Positions 24,487 through 37,884 of a stretch of 64,000 bases of DNA are shown here, piece by piece. Origin of the DNA: Oikopleura dioica (Eukaryota > Animalia > Chordata); the NCBI GenBank assembly GCA_907165135.1, contig OU015567.1:558001-622000 (forward strand). Reading direction: 5' to 3'. The translations under genes and the position numbers were made by a program. The notes beneath the pieces are model-generated. The model saw only the letters and a program-made list of their open reading frames with translations. It did no database searches and was not told the origin of the DNA. Positions within the stretch are counted from its first letter, which is position 1, and every line of letters begins with the position of its first letter.

Positions 24487-27400
24487 TCAAACCATGACGA
24501 TATCATTGGTTCTCGAGCTGAGTCTTGGAACTTGGCTGCCATCGAAGTAGGAAAACTCGGCTCCTTCGCTCATTGGCTGGGGAATATGGACGGCGGCGTA
24601 GCTGGATGGAGCAGCAACTCGACCGGCGGGGTAGAGATCGACGATCGCGCCGGTGGGGCCGCCTTGCTGGGGAGCGCCCTGGGGAGAGTTGGGGTAGCCA
24701 GGCGAGTAGTTGAGCATCGACTGGGGCGAGAGGCTTGGGTCGTATTTCTCGACGTAGGAGGACTGGTAGTCGGACATGGTCGGAAAGCTGTCGGAGCCCT
24801 TGCCAGCCATGAAGACTCGACGAGCGAGGAGGAAGATGATGACGGAGAGGACAACAAGAAGAAGACCTGAAAAAGAAGATTAGTTGGAGGACAAAAAATA
24901 GTTTTAGAAAGAGAAAGGGAGCTGTTTTCTTAAGTCAGTAGACTTGAGCGTGAAATCAGAGGGTTAGGGAGGTCTAAATCAAATATTCCAAAATGGACAC
25001 TTACCGACAACAATGCCAATAATCATCGCGTTTGGCAGGGCTTCTTGCTTCTCCATCTCGGGCTCGAGAAATTGGACGGGCACACTGGTCTTGTCTAAAA
25101 AGAAGCGTTAGATTCTCGATTTTTTCAGCATCATCGAATTAATAAATAAGGGCATCAAAAATGAAGCAAAAAAGTTCGAATGTTCTTATGACAAAATTTT
25201 CCGCATTTTTCTGGACCAGAAAGCCGCATCCGGCTTTTCTACCCCGGCTTCTTTTCCTTTCTTTTTGGAAAAAAATTTTTAGTTTCTAAAGTCGCTGCAC
25301 GGAAGGGGCCTCGGAAACGCTTAGAATAACGCGTCCACGTTGTTTTTTCTTTCATCCCTCAGAGCGTAACTACTACTCGGCCCCGTCCGGAATCGCCATT
25401 TTTGACTCGAAATAATTATAGAGCAGGGTGGATTAGCGCCGTACTTCTATATCATCAGCGCATTATTCTGAACGTGACCGCTGCTATTTTTACTTTTCTT
25501 GTTGACACCCTTAAGAAAAAAGACCCATTTTCTTACCAGTTGCAGAAGAAGCAAAGTCGTTACTGTAGCTGTCGACTGTAGACTCGGTTATTCGCTGGAT
25601 GCCGGTTTCGTCTGAAAGAAAAAGAGATTAGATAACTTCCTCAAGTCGTTATTTTATAAAAACTGATAAGCGAAAGTCGAAACTTGGGGCACTTATCAAA
25701 GTTATTCAAAAAATATCCAGGATCTTACCTCCTCGATGGACTGAGATTCGCATTTTCATCGAATGGGATGAGCAGACGCCGCCTTCTTTTTGATCGAGAG
25801 TTGCTTGGTCGCCATTGGAAGTCGCTAGAATTGAGGGTTAAAGGGTTGAAAAAAGAGGGAAGGGATTGGTTGGAAAATGATGGAGGGGGACTTACAGATG
25901 AAAAAGTAGTCGACATCGGGTTTGAACTCGAGTCCGAAGGGGCTTGGGCTGACTTCCTGGAACTTGACGGTGAATTTCTTCTCTCTGACGGGTTGAGAAC
26001 AGGTCATGATCTAGATAGAGGGTTAGAAAAGGAATAGGAAGGTTGAAAGGTACCTTTTTGAAGCTTCGGAAGTCGCCAAGTCGGCAAGAATTGAAGCTTT
26101 CTTCGTCGACCATGTAGATTGTTTGGTAGTGCTTGTCGGTCGAGAAGGTTTCTGTTCGATCATCGACGGCGGCAGAGGAGTACTGGGGGCAGTAGATGTC
26201 GACTTTGTCTTCCAGATTGACATCCAGGGAGTAGGAGTTCGCGAATCTAAAGATGGGGGGTTAGATTTTTGGATGAAAAGGTTTTTAAAAAATTGTTGAG
26301 TTTTGTTTTGATTGGCCAGCTTTTTCGAAAATCCAATTTATTAGTACATCGACGAGGGTTCGTTCTTTTGGCCCGGTGCCTAGCGAAGCGCGCACCCTCT
26401 CTCTTTTGTTGGGATTATTTTTCTTGTAATTTGGCTCCGTGTCGTAACCTTATCACGCTCTCTGCGTAAATAAGGAAACGTTCCGCCCGTGTGCCCCGCT
26501 TTTTCGGATTCGACCCATTGGATTGGAAAATAGAGAAAAGCAATCATAAAAAGTGGAGAGCAAAATGTAGTTTATAAACAATTATGACTAGAATATCCGG
26601 CTTCAAAAGGGCGAAATTGATGCATTCACTAATTCGCCGTGGCAGGAGAGCTTCAAATAAACCTCCACTGGTTGCCCAAACAATAAAATAATTAGATTCC
26701 TGCCGGGAAATTTAACTTTTCAAATAAGGACATACCACCTGATAAATCAAAACAATATAAAAAAGAGCATCTAATTTATCTTTTTTATAGAAAAAAAAGG
26801 TGTCAAAAACGCGTCAAATAATAACACACTGATACCCTTAAACCCAATGATTCGCGGTATTTTTGCCGCATCATCTGCTCAACCTCAAAAATTGCTCAAA
26901 AAATGAAGCATTAGAAACATTTCAAAACGAAAAACCAAAATACACGATTTCTTCATTTTCTCAAGGGTCTGAGAAAATACCGAATTGCACTTTTTTTGTT
27001 TGAAAGAAATTTAAAAAGTTTGTAAAAAAAAGTTTTGAAAGAAGAAGTTTTTGAATTTGAGGCCGGAAGGGGACGAGTTTGGAAAAGCGCCAAAATCTCT
27101 CGAAAAATATTGCTGTTATCGCTTTGTCAAAGTGCAGGTGAATTTTCAAGGGCGGCGAGATTTCCCAGCATTTCGAGAATTAGGAATTAAGGAAGTTGTG
27201 AATATTGGAACATCTCTTTTTTTCTGGGAAAATTGAATTTTGACCCGCTTTTTTTGGCTGAAAAATGAGTTTTCATGAGTTTTCATGATTATTTATACTT
27301 TTGTCAATTTATCTTTTCCGACTCAAAGTTCGTATAGATTAAGGGCGTCACTTTGTTTTGTATTTTTTACAAATAAAGTTTCTAAAAAAGAGTTTTAAAA

Positions 27401-30400
27401 AGAAGCTTAGCCTTGTTTTTTTCATGAACAACCGTTTAATTTGAAATTGATCAATTAAGGGTGTACCCTTCGCTCTAAAACGTAACCCTAGCCCAGCAGG
27501 AGACTTATCCGGCTCAGACCTTTTGGCTTAGCCACGAAGCCGCAGGATTCACTTTTATCATAATAAAGGCTTTTATCGCGGAAATGCGATGTTGTTGCAA
27601 ACAACTCCCGCTGCAATAAATAAACAACAAGCAACAACTTGTCTTATCAGCTCAGAGAGCCAGAAGAACCGAATAAAAAATGGGCTTGTTTTTAATCTTG
27701 GCGAGGCCCGATTAAATTAAACCCGCGAAAAAAACGAAGTTATCAGAAAAAAGCGAAGAATGGAACCGTTTTATCTCGAGTCGAGAACCTTACTGACTGC
27801 TACACCCTTAAGTTTTTTAAGTTTTCGACTCGAAAAAAACTTGAAAGAAGGGTAGAAGTTTTTAATGCTTTGAAAATTAAGGGTATCACTCTGAATATTC
27901 AAAAAGAAAAATTGGTTCGAAAAAAGGGGTTTTCAACGGATATACCCTTAAGAAAAAAGCTTCCATTTTGAAATACGCGTGGCCAAAATCGCGAAAGCTC
28001 GCGAAATTCGTATTTAAGAAAGAATTTGTCTCTAAACAAGGGCTAAGTCACGGCCCAGTTCCGCCGCATTTAAGGTGACCTACCCCCTCGTAGATTCTGT
28101 GTTCATCTAAGGTAGTGAATATCGCGGATGCGAGCAAAATATCTCCAAAGAAAAAAATACCCCAACTTAGAAAGTTATACTTCCGCTTTTGCGATTTCAA
28201 ATTTAAAGATTTTGAATTCGAGAAAGCGAGGGAAGAAAATCGAGACGATAAGGCGATGAGGGATGAATCCGGGCGAAAGTGGATTCACATAATCTTGACG
28301 TCAAAAAATAGAAAGATGATTTTTTCCTTCAAATATTTCAAATTAAAAAAAAAATAAAAAATATTTTTTATAATTCAATTGAACCCGGAAATGATTCTTT
28401 TTCGCTTTGGAAATAAAATCTGTTCAAATTCAATTTCAAATTCGCTCAAAAGGAACCAGGAAATCATCAAATAAAACCAACATCTGATCAAAAAAGCGCG
28501 CTCTGAATAGACTCTTCTCCGGGGCCTCTTTGACTCTCTTTCCCGCATCCGGCTGGCTCAGCTGGGCCAGTCGGAAAATTTTTTGCTTGTTGGAAAAAGT
28601 CAATTATGCAAAAACGCTAAATGAATTACAAAGATCAGCGAAAATCCGGGTTCGGAAAAGAAAGAAAAAAACGGAACCAGATGTGCGGAGAGCGGATAAA
28701 CACTGCGGCTTTACATGTTCAAAACTTAAAAATTGGATTAAAAACAAGCTGCTGGAGGTGTTAAAATCAGCGCTTTTATGGACTTAAGAATTTTCTTTCC
28801 AGAGCGAAGTTGTGGCATATTGAACGTAATCTGGGTACGTGTTTTGACGGGTGGTAGACATTCTAACCATTCCGAACATGACAGCTCGGCACGATAAAAA
28901 GTCGAATCAGACGCGATGGCTTTTTGGAAAGGAGGACTTTTGCCATAGCCCGAAGTACTTAGCGAAAGTTTTGACAATCTCAAAGAGCAAGAATATTCTT
29001 ACCAAAACGAGCGATAGGCATCAGGAATAGGCGGCGCGAATAAATTTGCAATAGAAGTTACTCAAGAATTCGGCCGAAATTCCACAGCGGGTTAGATTTT
29101 AGAATAACGGGTTAAATTGCTCAAACACTAATTTTACTTATTTCGAGATTTTCTTTTAAAAAATTGAGTTCGCAGATGTTTAATAGCCGGTAAGAAGTCA
29201 AAAGGCACAAAAATCAGCTTGATTTTTTTTGGATATTTGAGCTATGGCGGGTCGGGCTTTCCGTTTGATGCGATCATCCGGCCCATCAGTCAAGCTGAGC
29301 TCAACCCTTTCCTTTAAAATTAACCCGTCTAAAGCTAATTGCGCGTAATTGGTCGCCGGTTACAGCATGTACAAAGGGATTGAATTAGATGATTAGCCAG
29401 ATTTTCGGATTTGCTTTTTACAAAAGTTTTTTTGAAAATTTTGGATAGAAAAGGGGATCAAAAAGATTCGGTTATTTTGAATTCCGCTAGAAATTGATGC
29501 AGAAAAAAGTTAATTTGGGAAAACGCAGCTGAAACTATTTCCCTGGCTTCGAAAAAGCTGAATCGTCAGATCCCATGATGCGCGGAGAGTTTTACGACAC
29601 ATTCTCAAATTTGCTCACTTGGCCAAACAATTGGAAAACAGGCAAAAAGTACCATGTTGGTAAAAATTGAAAATTTGCAAATTTGGATATTTTCAAAACT
29701 GGGAATTGAATTGATTCAGTTTCGCCGCGAGCGAGTGGTGTTTATTTGAAAAAGAAAATCACGGCCGAGCAAGTTTTACGGCGATAGTTTGCGCAGATGG
29801 ACGGGATTATTTGGCGTAAATTTCAAATCCATTATTACATCAAACGGCAGCGAGTTTCGCTTCTTTTGACCGGGGAGTTAATTTATCCTATGCCAAGAAA
29901 CTTTCATTTCCAAAATGTCGAATTTTCGAATTTTCAAAAATTAAAAAATGAAAAATTAAAAAAATTCTTTTTTATTTGAATATTAAAATATTTTTTTAAT
30001 TTTTCAAAATTTGTATCTCAAAAAATATTTTCTTTTCAAAAGCTTATCACTTTTTAATCCCTCATTTTGAGCACTGAAAACTCCCCTTATCAGCTGTACT
30101 AGTACCCTTGTCAATCAAAAAAGCAGGGCCCCTCCGTCAATCAGCAGCTGATTGGCCTTGATCTCTTTGATCTGATTCTCGTACCGCCCGGTGATTTATC
30201 TTTTTCAATCTCGATCTCAATTCAAAAGAGTATTTATATACAAAAGCCGTTTTCCGGTTCACGTGACGGCTTTGAATTTATTTCAAGTTCGCCGAGGTCA
30301 AAAAGGGCCTTATTTACAATTTATAAGTCTATTTACAATTTTGATTTTACGGTTTTTTTGACGAATTTTTGGCTGATTCGGGATTTCCGAAAGCTATTTT

Positions 30401-30745
30401 TGGCTCGAAAATTTTTCAAGTTTTTTCTCTGAAAATAGGTGTGGATTAATTTGGCAAACAAAAGTTTTTCAGGTCAGAGGTCAGGAAAAATTGGCAAAGT
30501 CGATAAAAAATGGATTGACACCCTTAATTGATTTCCCGAAAAAAACGGAGTTTTGAAAATTCTGAGGAAAAAAATTTCAAAATTTCGGGCTAAAATTTGA
30601 GCAAAATTTTCTTTAATTTTAATTTCAACCCTTTTTTTGATACATACCTGAAGTTGTCGACATTCCAGAAAATCTCTTCTTTGACTCTGCTGGCCTGGGC
30701 AGCCGAGCAGGCGAGGGCAACAAAGCTGATGATCATCTTCTTCAT
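24487..30745 (-). CDS. EFNB: B-type ephrin; exons 30745-30648, 26246-26054, 26010-25896, 25824-25729, 25611-25537, 25094-25005, 24866-24487
   Basis: Signal peptide, then the ephrin domain IFWNVDNF...KVDIYCPQY...IYMVDEESFNSC...[33 protein letters not shown]...EGGVC..HSMKM. This is followed by a TM helix (MIIGIVVGLLLVVLSVIIFLLA) and a Tyr/Pro-rich tail ending DIVMV. All six GT-AG junctions are phase-compatible. Confidence 0.95.
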
Positions 30746-31915
30746 TTTAAAATCTCTAAGTTCTTTTTTTTTCGTTTTTTTTCTGTTGTTGTTTTCGTAA
30801 AATAATTATAAAAAAAATTGCTGCAAAGGCTTTCGGTTTCTGTGGTCAACCTCACTCTAAGTTTGCGTAATGAGTTTGGGTGCTCTTTCTCTCCGGCTCG
30901 AATAGCGCGATCTTTTGCGGCGCCAGAGAGCGCTTTTTACGCGCTGCGCTTTTTTTCAGCGCGCGCGGTGCTCTTGCCTGCGCAGGGCTAGGGGGCGCTA
31001 CGGGGCTGGGGAGATGATTTTGAAGGGGGAGGGAAAGGGGAGCTGGGCGTTATGGGTAATGATTTGGATTGCTTTGGGTACACGGATTTAATGGTTAATG
31101 AAATTAAGGTTTCAGTAAAAACATATTAAATGAATTGTGAATCTAATGCTACTGCACAATGTTTAGCATGTCATGCTAAAAATGTGACTTGTTCGTTCTA
31201 AGTTCAATAATTCTAGTATCTCTTATTAACAAGAAAGTATGACTTATATCAAATGTCATAGTATTATAGTCATACTAGGTGCAAGCCTAAGGATAATGAA
31301 GGAATGATTTTTTCAGCAGAAGAATATTTTTGAAAATATTCAAAAGAGTCTGAAAATATGGACTTATGGTTTTTAGATATAATACTCATTCGTTTTTCTA
31401 GATAAAGCTTACAAGAATTTTTCCTGTCATAATTCTGCAATTCTGAGTTTTTTTCCAAGAATTTTTTATGTCTTTTTTATTCAAATTTTTTTCTTAGGGA
31501 ACTTCTAACGATGAAACACTGTGTAAGCCAATTTTGCTTTGTGAAAACTTTCTGAGGCAAAAAGTCTTCGCTTGTTTTAGTTGTTTTGTGCAGCAGGGAA
31601 TTAGCATTTTCACCATGTTTTTCACGCTTTGAGGTTGAATTTCGCCAGCTTTGATCCTTTTTTTGGCAATTCAGAAGGGATTCTTTGGGCTCGAGCCAAT
31701 CCAAACGGGGAAAATACAAGTGGGCTAATTAAACGGATTGAGGCGAAACAAGAGTTCTGTTTTTGGCGATTTTCGGGGCTTGAACATCAAAAAAGGGTTG
31801 AGAATATTTACACTTTCTTTCGCGCCAAAACTTAAAAAAAGTCCCAAAAAAATTTTCTGTACAGAAATAATTTTGGCTCGAAATTTAAAATCAATCATGG
31901 ATTTTTATTTTTCAG

Positions 31916-32030
31916 TCAAAATTTTCGAGTCAAAATGTGAGTCAAAATTTTCGAGTTAAATTTTCGAGTAAAGAATTTCGAGTAAAAATTTTCGAGTCAA
32001 ATTTTCGAGTAAAAATTTTCGAGTCGAAAT
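31916..32030. repeat. 13-14-bp minisatellite (AAAATTTTCGAGT), about 8 copies
   Basis: Read directly: gtcaaaattttcgagtcaaaatgtgagtcaaaattttcgagttaaattttcgagt... Confidence 0.85.
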
Positions 32031-32789
32031 TAATTTTTAATTTTCTAAGATTTTCGTTCGAAATCGGCCAGGAATGGTTCTTTTTTCCAAATTTCTAGCT
32101 CCAAATCGATATTCTGGGAATCCCCAAAACCCGAGCAATCAGAAATCGAAGGCGCTAATTCCTCGAAAATTTCGTGCTCAGAACAGTAATCCCCCGCTGC
32201 GAGTAATTCCTTCGCTCGCACCTGAGCAGCTTTCTCAGCGGGTGATCTCTAAACAAACTTTTTTATCGTCTTATCTCTTCAATCTCATCATCATCTTTTT
32301 TTTCTGTTCGATTGTTTTGAAATTGTCAGATGAAAACTTTCCAAAACGAGGAGCAGCAAATAAACACCAATTATGCTTGCTTAAAATATTTTGAAATTTT
32401 GTTAAAGGCGCTGGCCAGCCGCCACCGGCCCAGATCAGAAGGGCTTGAGCAACTCGCGCGGAATAAATATTTTGAGCGAAAAATTGAGGTCGGCTTTGAA
32501 AATGTGTGCTTTATGGGCCCATGGCTTCGCACTCTTTATTGTTGCCAGCCGCGGCTAGAATATACAATCACGATTTCAAGCTTCTTTTTTTTTTCAAAAA
32601 TAAGGATTCCAAAGACCTTGTTTTATGTTGGTGTTAGAGTGGTAGTTTTTTGAAATAACGGGTTTCATGACAATGAATCAGTTAGTTGGAGTTTTCCAGT
32701 GATAAAAAAATATTCAATTTTATTCTCAATGAAATTATATCGATCTTATGGTTTTTCAGATCTTGATTCTAGAGAAGCCCTGTTCTTTG

Positions 32790-32945
32790 CTCGGCAACCT
32801 GTATAGAAAACCTGACTCAGGGTCTGAAATATCTCAATTTAATAGCCGCTCTGCGGCTTTGTTTAGAAAAAAAGCCGTTCCGCGATAATATTACTATTTG
32901 GGATATTTCAGACCCTGAGTCAGGTTTTCTACACAGGTTGCCGAG
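32790..32945. mobile_element. CCTGACTCAGG-family MITE, 156 bp
   Basis: Near-perfect 44-bp TIR CTCGGCAACCTGT(A/G)TAGAAAACCTGACTCAGGGTCTGAAATATC. Internal GCCGC..GCGGC hairpin. Confidence 0.9.
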
Positions 32946-33699
32946 TTTAAACTTTACCGGCAAAAAAAAAGTGTCTCGTTGGTAAGAATTGCTTTAAAAA
33001 TCTTCTGATAACTCCTTTTTTCTTGAATCCAGGGAAAAAATAAAGATTCCCTCCAAGCAAGTTTTCAAGTGCCAATTGAGCTAATGGAGAGTCCTTGTAG
33101 GAAAAAAATCCGTCCAGATTTTTTACACTTGACTTTGGCTGGCGACCTTTGCTCAAGCCCTTGAGAAGGCAAATACACACCATAATGGGCTCAATTGACC
33201 ATTTTTGGGGACTTGCTCTCTTTTGGCATTTTGCGAAGAAAATGGCATGTGTGTGCCTTGATTCTTTACAAATAAAAAAGGACATTCTTTTTCATTAATT
33301 TGCTGCTTGGGAAAGTAAATTTGAATTTGCTGCCTCCAGCTGGGCGCGGCTGACAGCAACGACGAATTATTGCCAGGTTCTTTTTGGCACAAAAGTACTC
33401 TTTTTTCAGGGCCTTCCTCATTATTGTCATTTTTTGGCAAAATAAGGAAGCCCCGAAATTTATAGATTTTGGACAACTTTTTCAGTCATTTTTCTTCAAT
33501 TTTATGAAGTCACGCTCCAACTTTCGGGTAAGTCTATACACATAATCAGGGTAATTATTTTGGTGATTTCTACTTTTTTGAAAGGCGAGACAAAGATTGA
33601 TCCGGCGGTGAGTTGGCGCCGAATCACACGGATTCGCGCTCCACCTCCAAGAAACGGAATAAGCCAGCGATTATATTTAATAAACTTAAACGCTCCCGT

Positions 33700-34610
33700 C
33701 AGGGGTCTGGATTTTGGCCAAAAATGAAAAGCGAAAGCGAAGCGAAAGCGAAAATTTTTCAAAAATTTAAAGCGAAAGCGAAGCGAAGCGAATGAAAATT
33801 TCGTGAGCGAAAGCGAAGCGAAGCGAAAAATTTTTCTAAAAAGCGAAAAAATGCGAAAATTTTCCGGAAATATTTAACCTTTGAAAAAGTGTCCATTTTA
33901 TGTATGGTTTCATTTTTATTAGTGACGCCCGGATCGGTGCTGGAGATGCCAAGATTGATTGACGTCTGAAAAGCAAGGATCGAAATTTTTGAAGCCGGGA
34001 TTGAAGATGGTGATGTCAGGATTGATTGTCGGGAGGCCAATATATGAAGTTATAAGATCAATCGATTTAAATTATAATACATCGCCGTTTGTCCAATTCG
34101 CCGATTCCTCAAGTTGGACAAACAGAGATCTTGGGCAAACGGCGACTCAGGAAAATGGAGACCACTCCATTCGGACTCCCTCTCCGATTTTTCAAATTGC
34201 AAATTTTCTGAGATTAGTGAGCTGAAGAAGCTGTGTGGCTCAGCTCAGGTCAATCATTTTTTAATATTGACTGCCTTGCTCAAATTAACTGAATGAATTT
34301 GAAGAGTCAGCTCAGCTCAATGATTTTTTGTGAAGGACAGCTCAGCTCAGCGCAGCTCAGAATATTGTCTACTTTAAAAACAGTAAAACTTCTCTGAGCT
34401 CAGCTTTTCCAAGTGCCAACTTAGCTCATTCAGCAAAATTTCCACTTGAGTTTAAACTAAAGCTAAGCAAAAAAGGCGAAGTTTTCAATTCCTGGAAAGA
34501 TTTCTTTTGAGCGAAATTTTCGCGAAAATTTTTGGTAAAAAGCGAAAGCGAAGCGAAGCGAATTGAAATAACAAAAAGCGAAAGCGAAGCGAAGCGAATC
34601 CAGACCCCTG
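33700..34610. mobile_element. Non-autonomous hAT-like element, 911 bp
   Basis: Perfect 14-bp TIR CAGGGGTCTGGATT. Flanking duplication CTCCCGT (7 bp; 8 bp GCTCCCGT if the terminal G is counted). Subterminal (GCGAA)n arrays at both ends. Confidence 0.85.
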
Positions 34611-37600
34611 CTCCCGTTATTATTTTGATTCTAGTCATGCTGCCAAAAAACGGCGGAGGGGGTAGATACGAGGGATTAAGATAAGAATGAAGTTATGATG
34701 AATTTTTATATGAATAATTACCGGTACTACTATTGGAGAAAACTGAACTCAGAAGACCCAGAATTACTGATATCTGCCGCTTATTTAATTATTTTGTTCT
34801 AGAGTCTGGTCTCATCCCTCTATCGCTAATTAAACCCAGTCTATTTTTATTTCTCCAAAATGATCGCCATTCACACGAACGGCAAATCTATTGTCTCACC
34901 AAACATCAGGTGCCATCCCAAAATTGAATGATTAGACTAAGTACCGTAACGTTTACATTTTTCACATTTGTCGCTTAGCAAATCAGGTGGGTGAGGAATT
35001 TATGGGAAAGGTATTAAAATCGCCCTTTTGGGACAACGCCAAGGGCAAGATTTCACACTTGACATTGTGTGAGCACGGCCTTTTTAAATTTGAGCTTTAT
35101 TAAATGCAACAGCGGATGTATATTCTCTCTTATTACTGTCAATACTATTGAATCAATAGTGTCTTTTTTCGAACATGACATGGCCAGAACCCAAACTTTC
35201 TGGCACAAAGCAAGAAAATCAAATGGATTTTGGTCCATCTAATCAGTGATTATGTGTATAGCCTTACTCAAAAATTGGACCACTAGAAGCGTAATGCCAA
35301 GAAACGTGACTTCATAAATTGAAGGACACCTAAGACTGATATTGAATGAAAGTTCTGATAAGCTGTTATGACCAGGTCATTTTATCAGTACTGACTCACA
35401 GACGAGATTCGCACCACTTTTTTCAGCAGTAGGAAACGAAGAGAGGAGTTTTCATTCGAGCCTATGATTCGAGACATCCAATATCTCTAGAATTTGGGGT
35501 AGTGGTTAGGGTTCTGGGGGGCGTGCCCTTTGAGTTAGAGTGAGGGACAGCTCGAATGATTACCCCTACTACCCTAGGCGAAGCTACAGATTGTTGCAAG
35601 CAGTAGTCGATCTCGTCACCAAGATCTCCCCTAAAAACATTTAAATCCCCTAATCTCCAAAAAATCCCCCAAAATAAAAAAATTTGCGCTGGAAACGTGT
35701 CAAAAGAAGCGGGTTGTTGGCGGTTCAGAAGGGCAAGTTTTCTTAATCCCAAAAGTAATTTCTGTCTTTCCGTAAACAGCTCTATTTGTGGAGATTACAA
35801 CGAGCGGCGATAATTTTTGCGATTAGCAAAAATTTTGAGCAAACGAGCCCTGGATTTATTTGATTTTTCAGCAGCGAGGTAGGATTAAAAAGAAACGCTT
35901 CGGAAATGATTATTTTTTTTTCTCGCTCTGAACTTCTTCAATAGAAGGCATTTTCTTACAGTAAGGAGTCATTCTGGCGCTGGTTTTTAGAATTTCGTTT
36001 GTCGAAGAAACGATGGGATTTTTCAAAGAACAATTGAAAATCATCAATTTCCGGAATCAATTGTAACTTCCGAAGCTCCGAAGTGTCCCCACCATTTTCC
36101 CTTATTCTACACATTTTTTCTCCAAAATCGGTACTTTGTCGTTCCCTAAGCAGCTCATTTGCTCGCTCAAGTGTTCCCCAAATAATTCAATTAAACCAAC
36201 AGTTAAGAAAAAATGTTATTCTTCGCTTTATTTGCTCATCTTTCACCTAATGTTTGTAACTCTTCGGCGAAAGAAGATTAGCCCTGAGAAAATTTTGTTC
36301 CTCAGCCTATATTTTCGGGTTAGACTTTTAAAATATTTATTGCGAGCGTCGTCAATCTCATTATCACAGGAGAAAACAGCTGGGCGGAAAATTTTTCGAA
36401 GACGCAATTTTATGCCTGCCAAGTTTGCTGCTTTCCTATGGATCCTGTTCTTTTAGACAGTGACACCCTTATTATTCATCAAAAGTGATGTTACTGTCTG
36501 CGAGACAATATTTTGTCTATCAGACATGATTTCCAAATAAAAGACCTTTCTTTTTAATCCTTCTAAAACTCATGTTTTTTCCATATTTACGAACATGAAA
36601 ACGGGCGTCTGAAAACTCCAAAATTGGAACTACCAAGTTGCCAAAACAGTAAAATATATTTTCTCAATTAATTTCGTGTTTATTGGGCAATAACCGGGCG
36701 CGCTCCAGGAAATCAGTTTTGCGAAAAGCTCGGACGCGAGGAAAATTACGAGCCATAAAAATTATCCAAAAATTTATGGGGCCAAAAGGAAAACTGACAG
36801 GGATGACTGAGAGACGGAATTTCTTTTTAGAAACTCTGAGAATGATGATGGCCACAATCATCATCTCAATTGACAAGTTCTAAGAAACAACCTCGTAAAA
36901 ATAATTTTTTTGAAAATTCGAGTCGAAAAATTCGTATGGCGAAAATTTCGCTCTCTTTTTTTGGCGGGAAAGAGGCGAAATTGTTTGACATTGATTGCGT
37001 TTCGCACTTTGCTTATCTCGGATTCGCACAAAACAGTCCTTCAGCTCGTTGTTTGCCAAGATTTATCCACGTGACAAGTCCTTAATTTACAACACGGCAA
37101 ATCAGCATCTGACTGATTTACTACTCTTTCTCTCTAAGCTCTGGATTACTCCGACTTTCTTTGATGTTTCTATAAACAAAAAGTACAATTAGCGGCTCGA
37201 CCCCCTTAAAATCGAAAATTTTTCTGATCTTGTGCGCGTTTTTCATCCCTTTCTTTCGGAATTCTAGCGACAAGAAGAGCCGTCAGATCTATTGTTACAA
37301 ATGATGCCAAATCACTATCGATTAGTATTGCTGAGTACAGTAGTACCCAACCGAAGAAATTATTCTGTTCCCATTTGTGAGCCATTTGCAGGTCATGCAG
37401 AGAAGCACGGATCCGCCATTTGCCCCCCGAGGCGCGTGTAACCGATAAGCATTATCGATCCGGGCTCAGAGAGACCCGGATAAAGCAGGATCAAATCTGC
37501 CTGCAAATTTTCAGCGGGCGCTTTTCCCCGCGATATTTTTTGATAAGAACAAAATTTTTACAGACTTCTTTCCGCATTTTGTAGTTAGTAGTATCTTGTT

Positions 37601-37884
37601 CCGGGAGCAGAATTGTTTTTCACGCGATAATGAAGGCCTGGATTAGACTTCTTTTCAGCGCTTCTTGGGAAAGTGATCTTAGCCGTCAATTCTGAGATTC
37701 TTCTTTATGGCCAGATCTGAAGCCGGCTTATCGGAAAGGCCTGCTCTTTTCTTTGATGTTTTAGTTTGTTTAAGATCCCTCATATATTTTCTTGATAAGA
37801 CATTGAAAGATATTTTAGATTTTATCAATATATGATATATCAGGGGTCATATACTTATAAGATCTAAAATATCATATATGAGTA

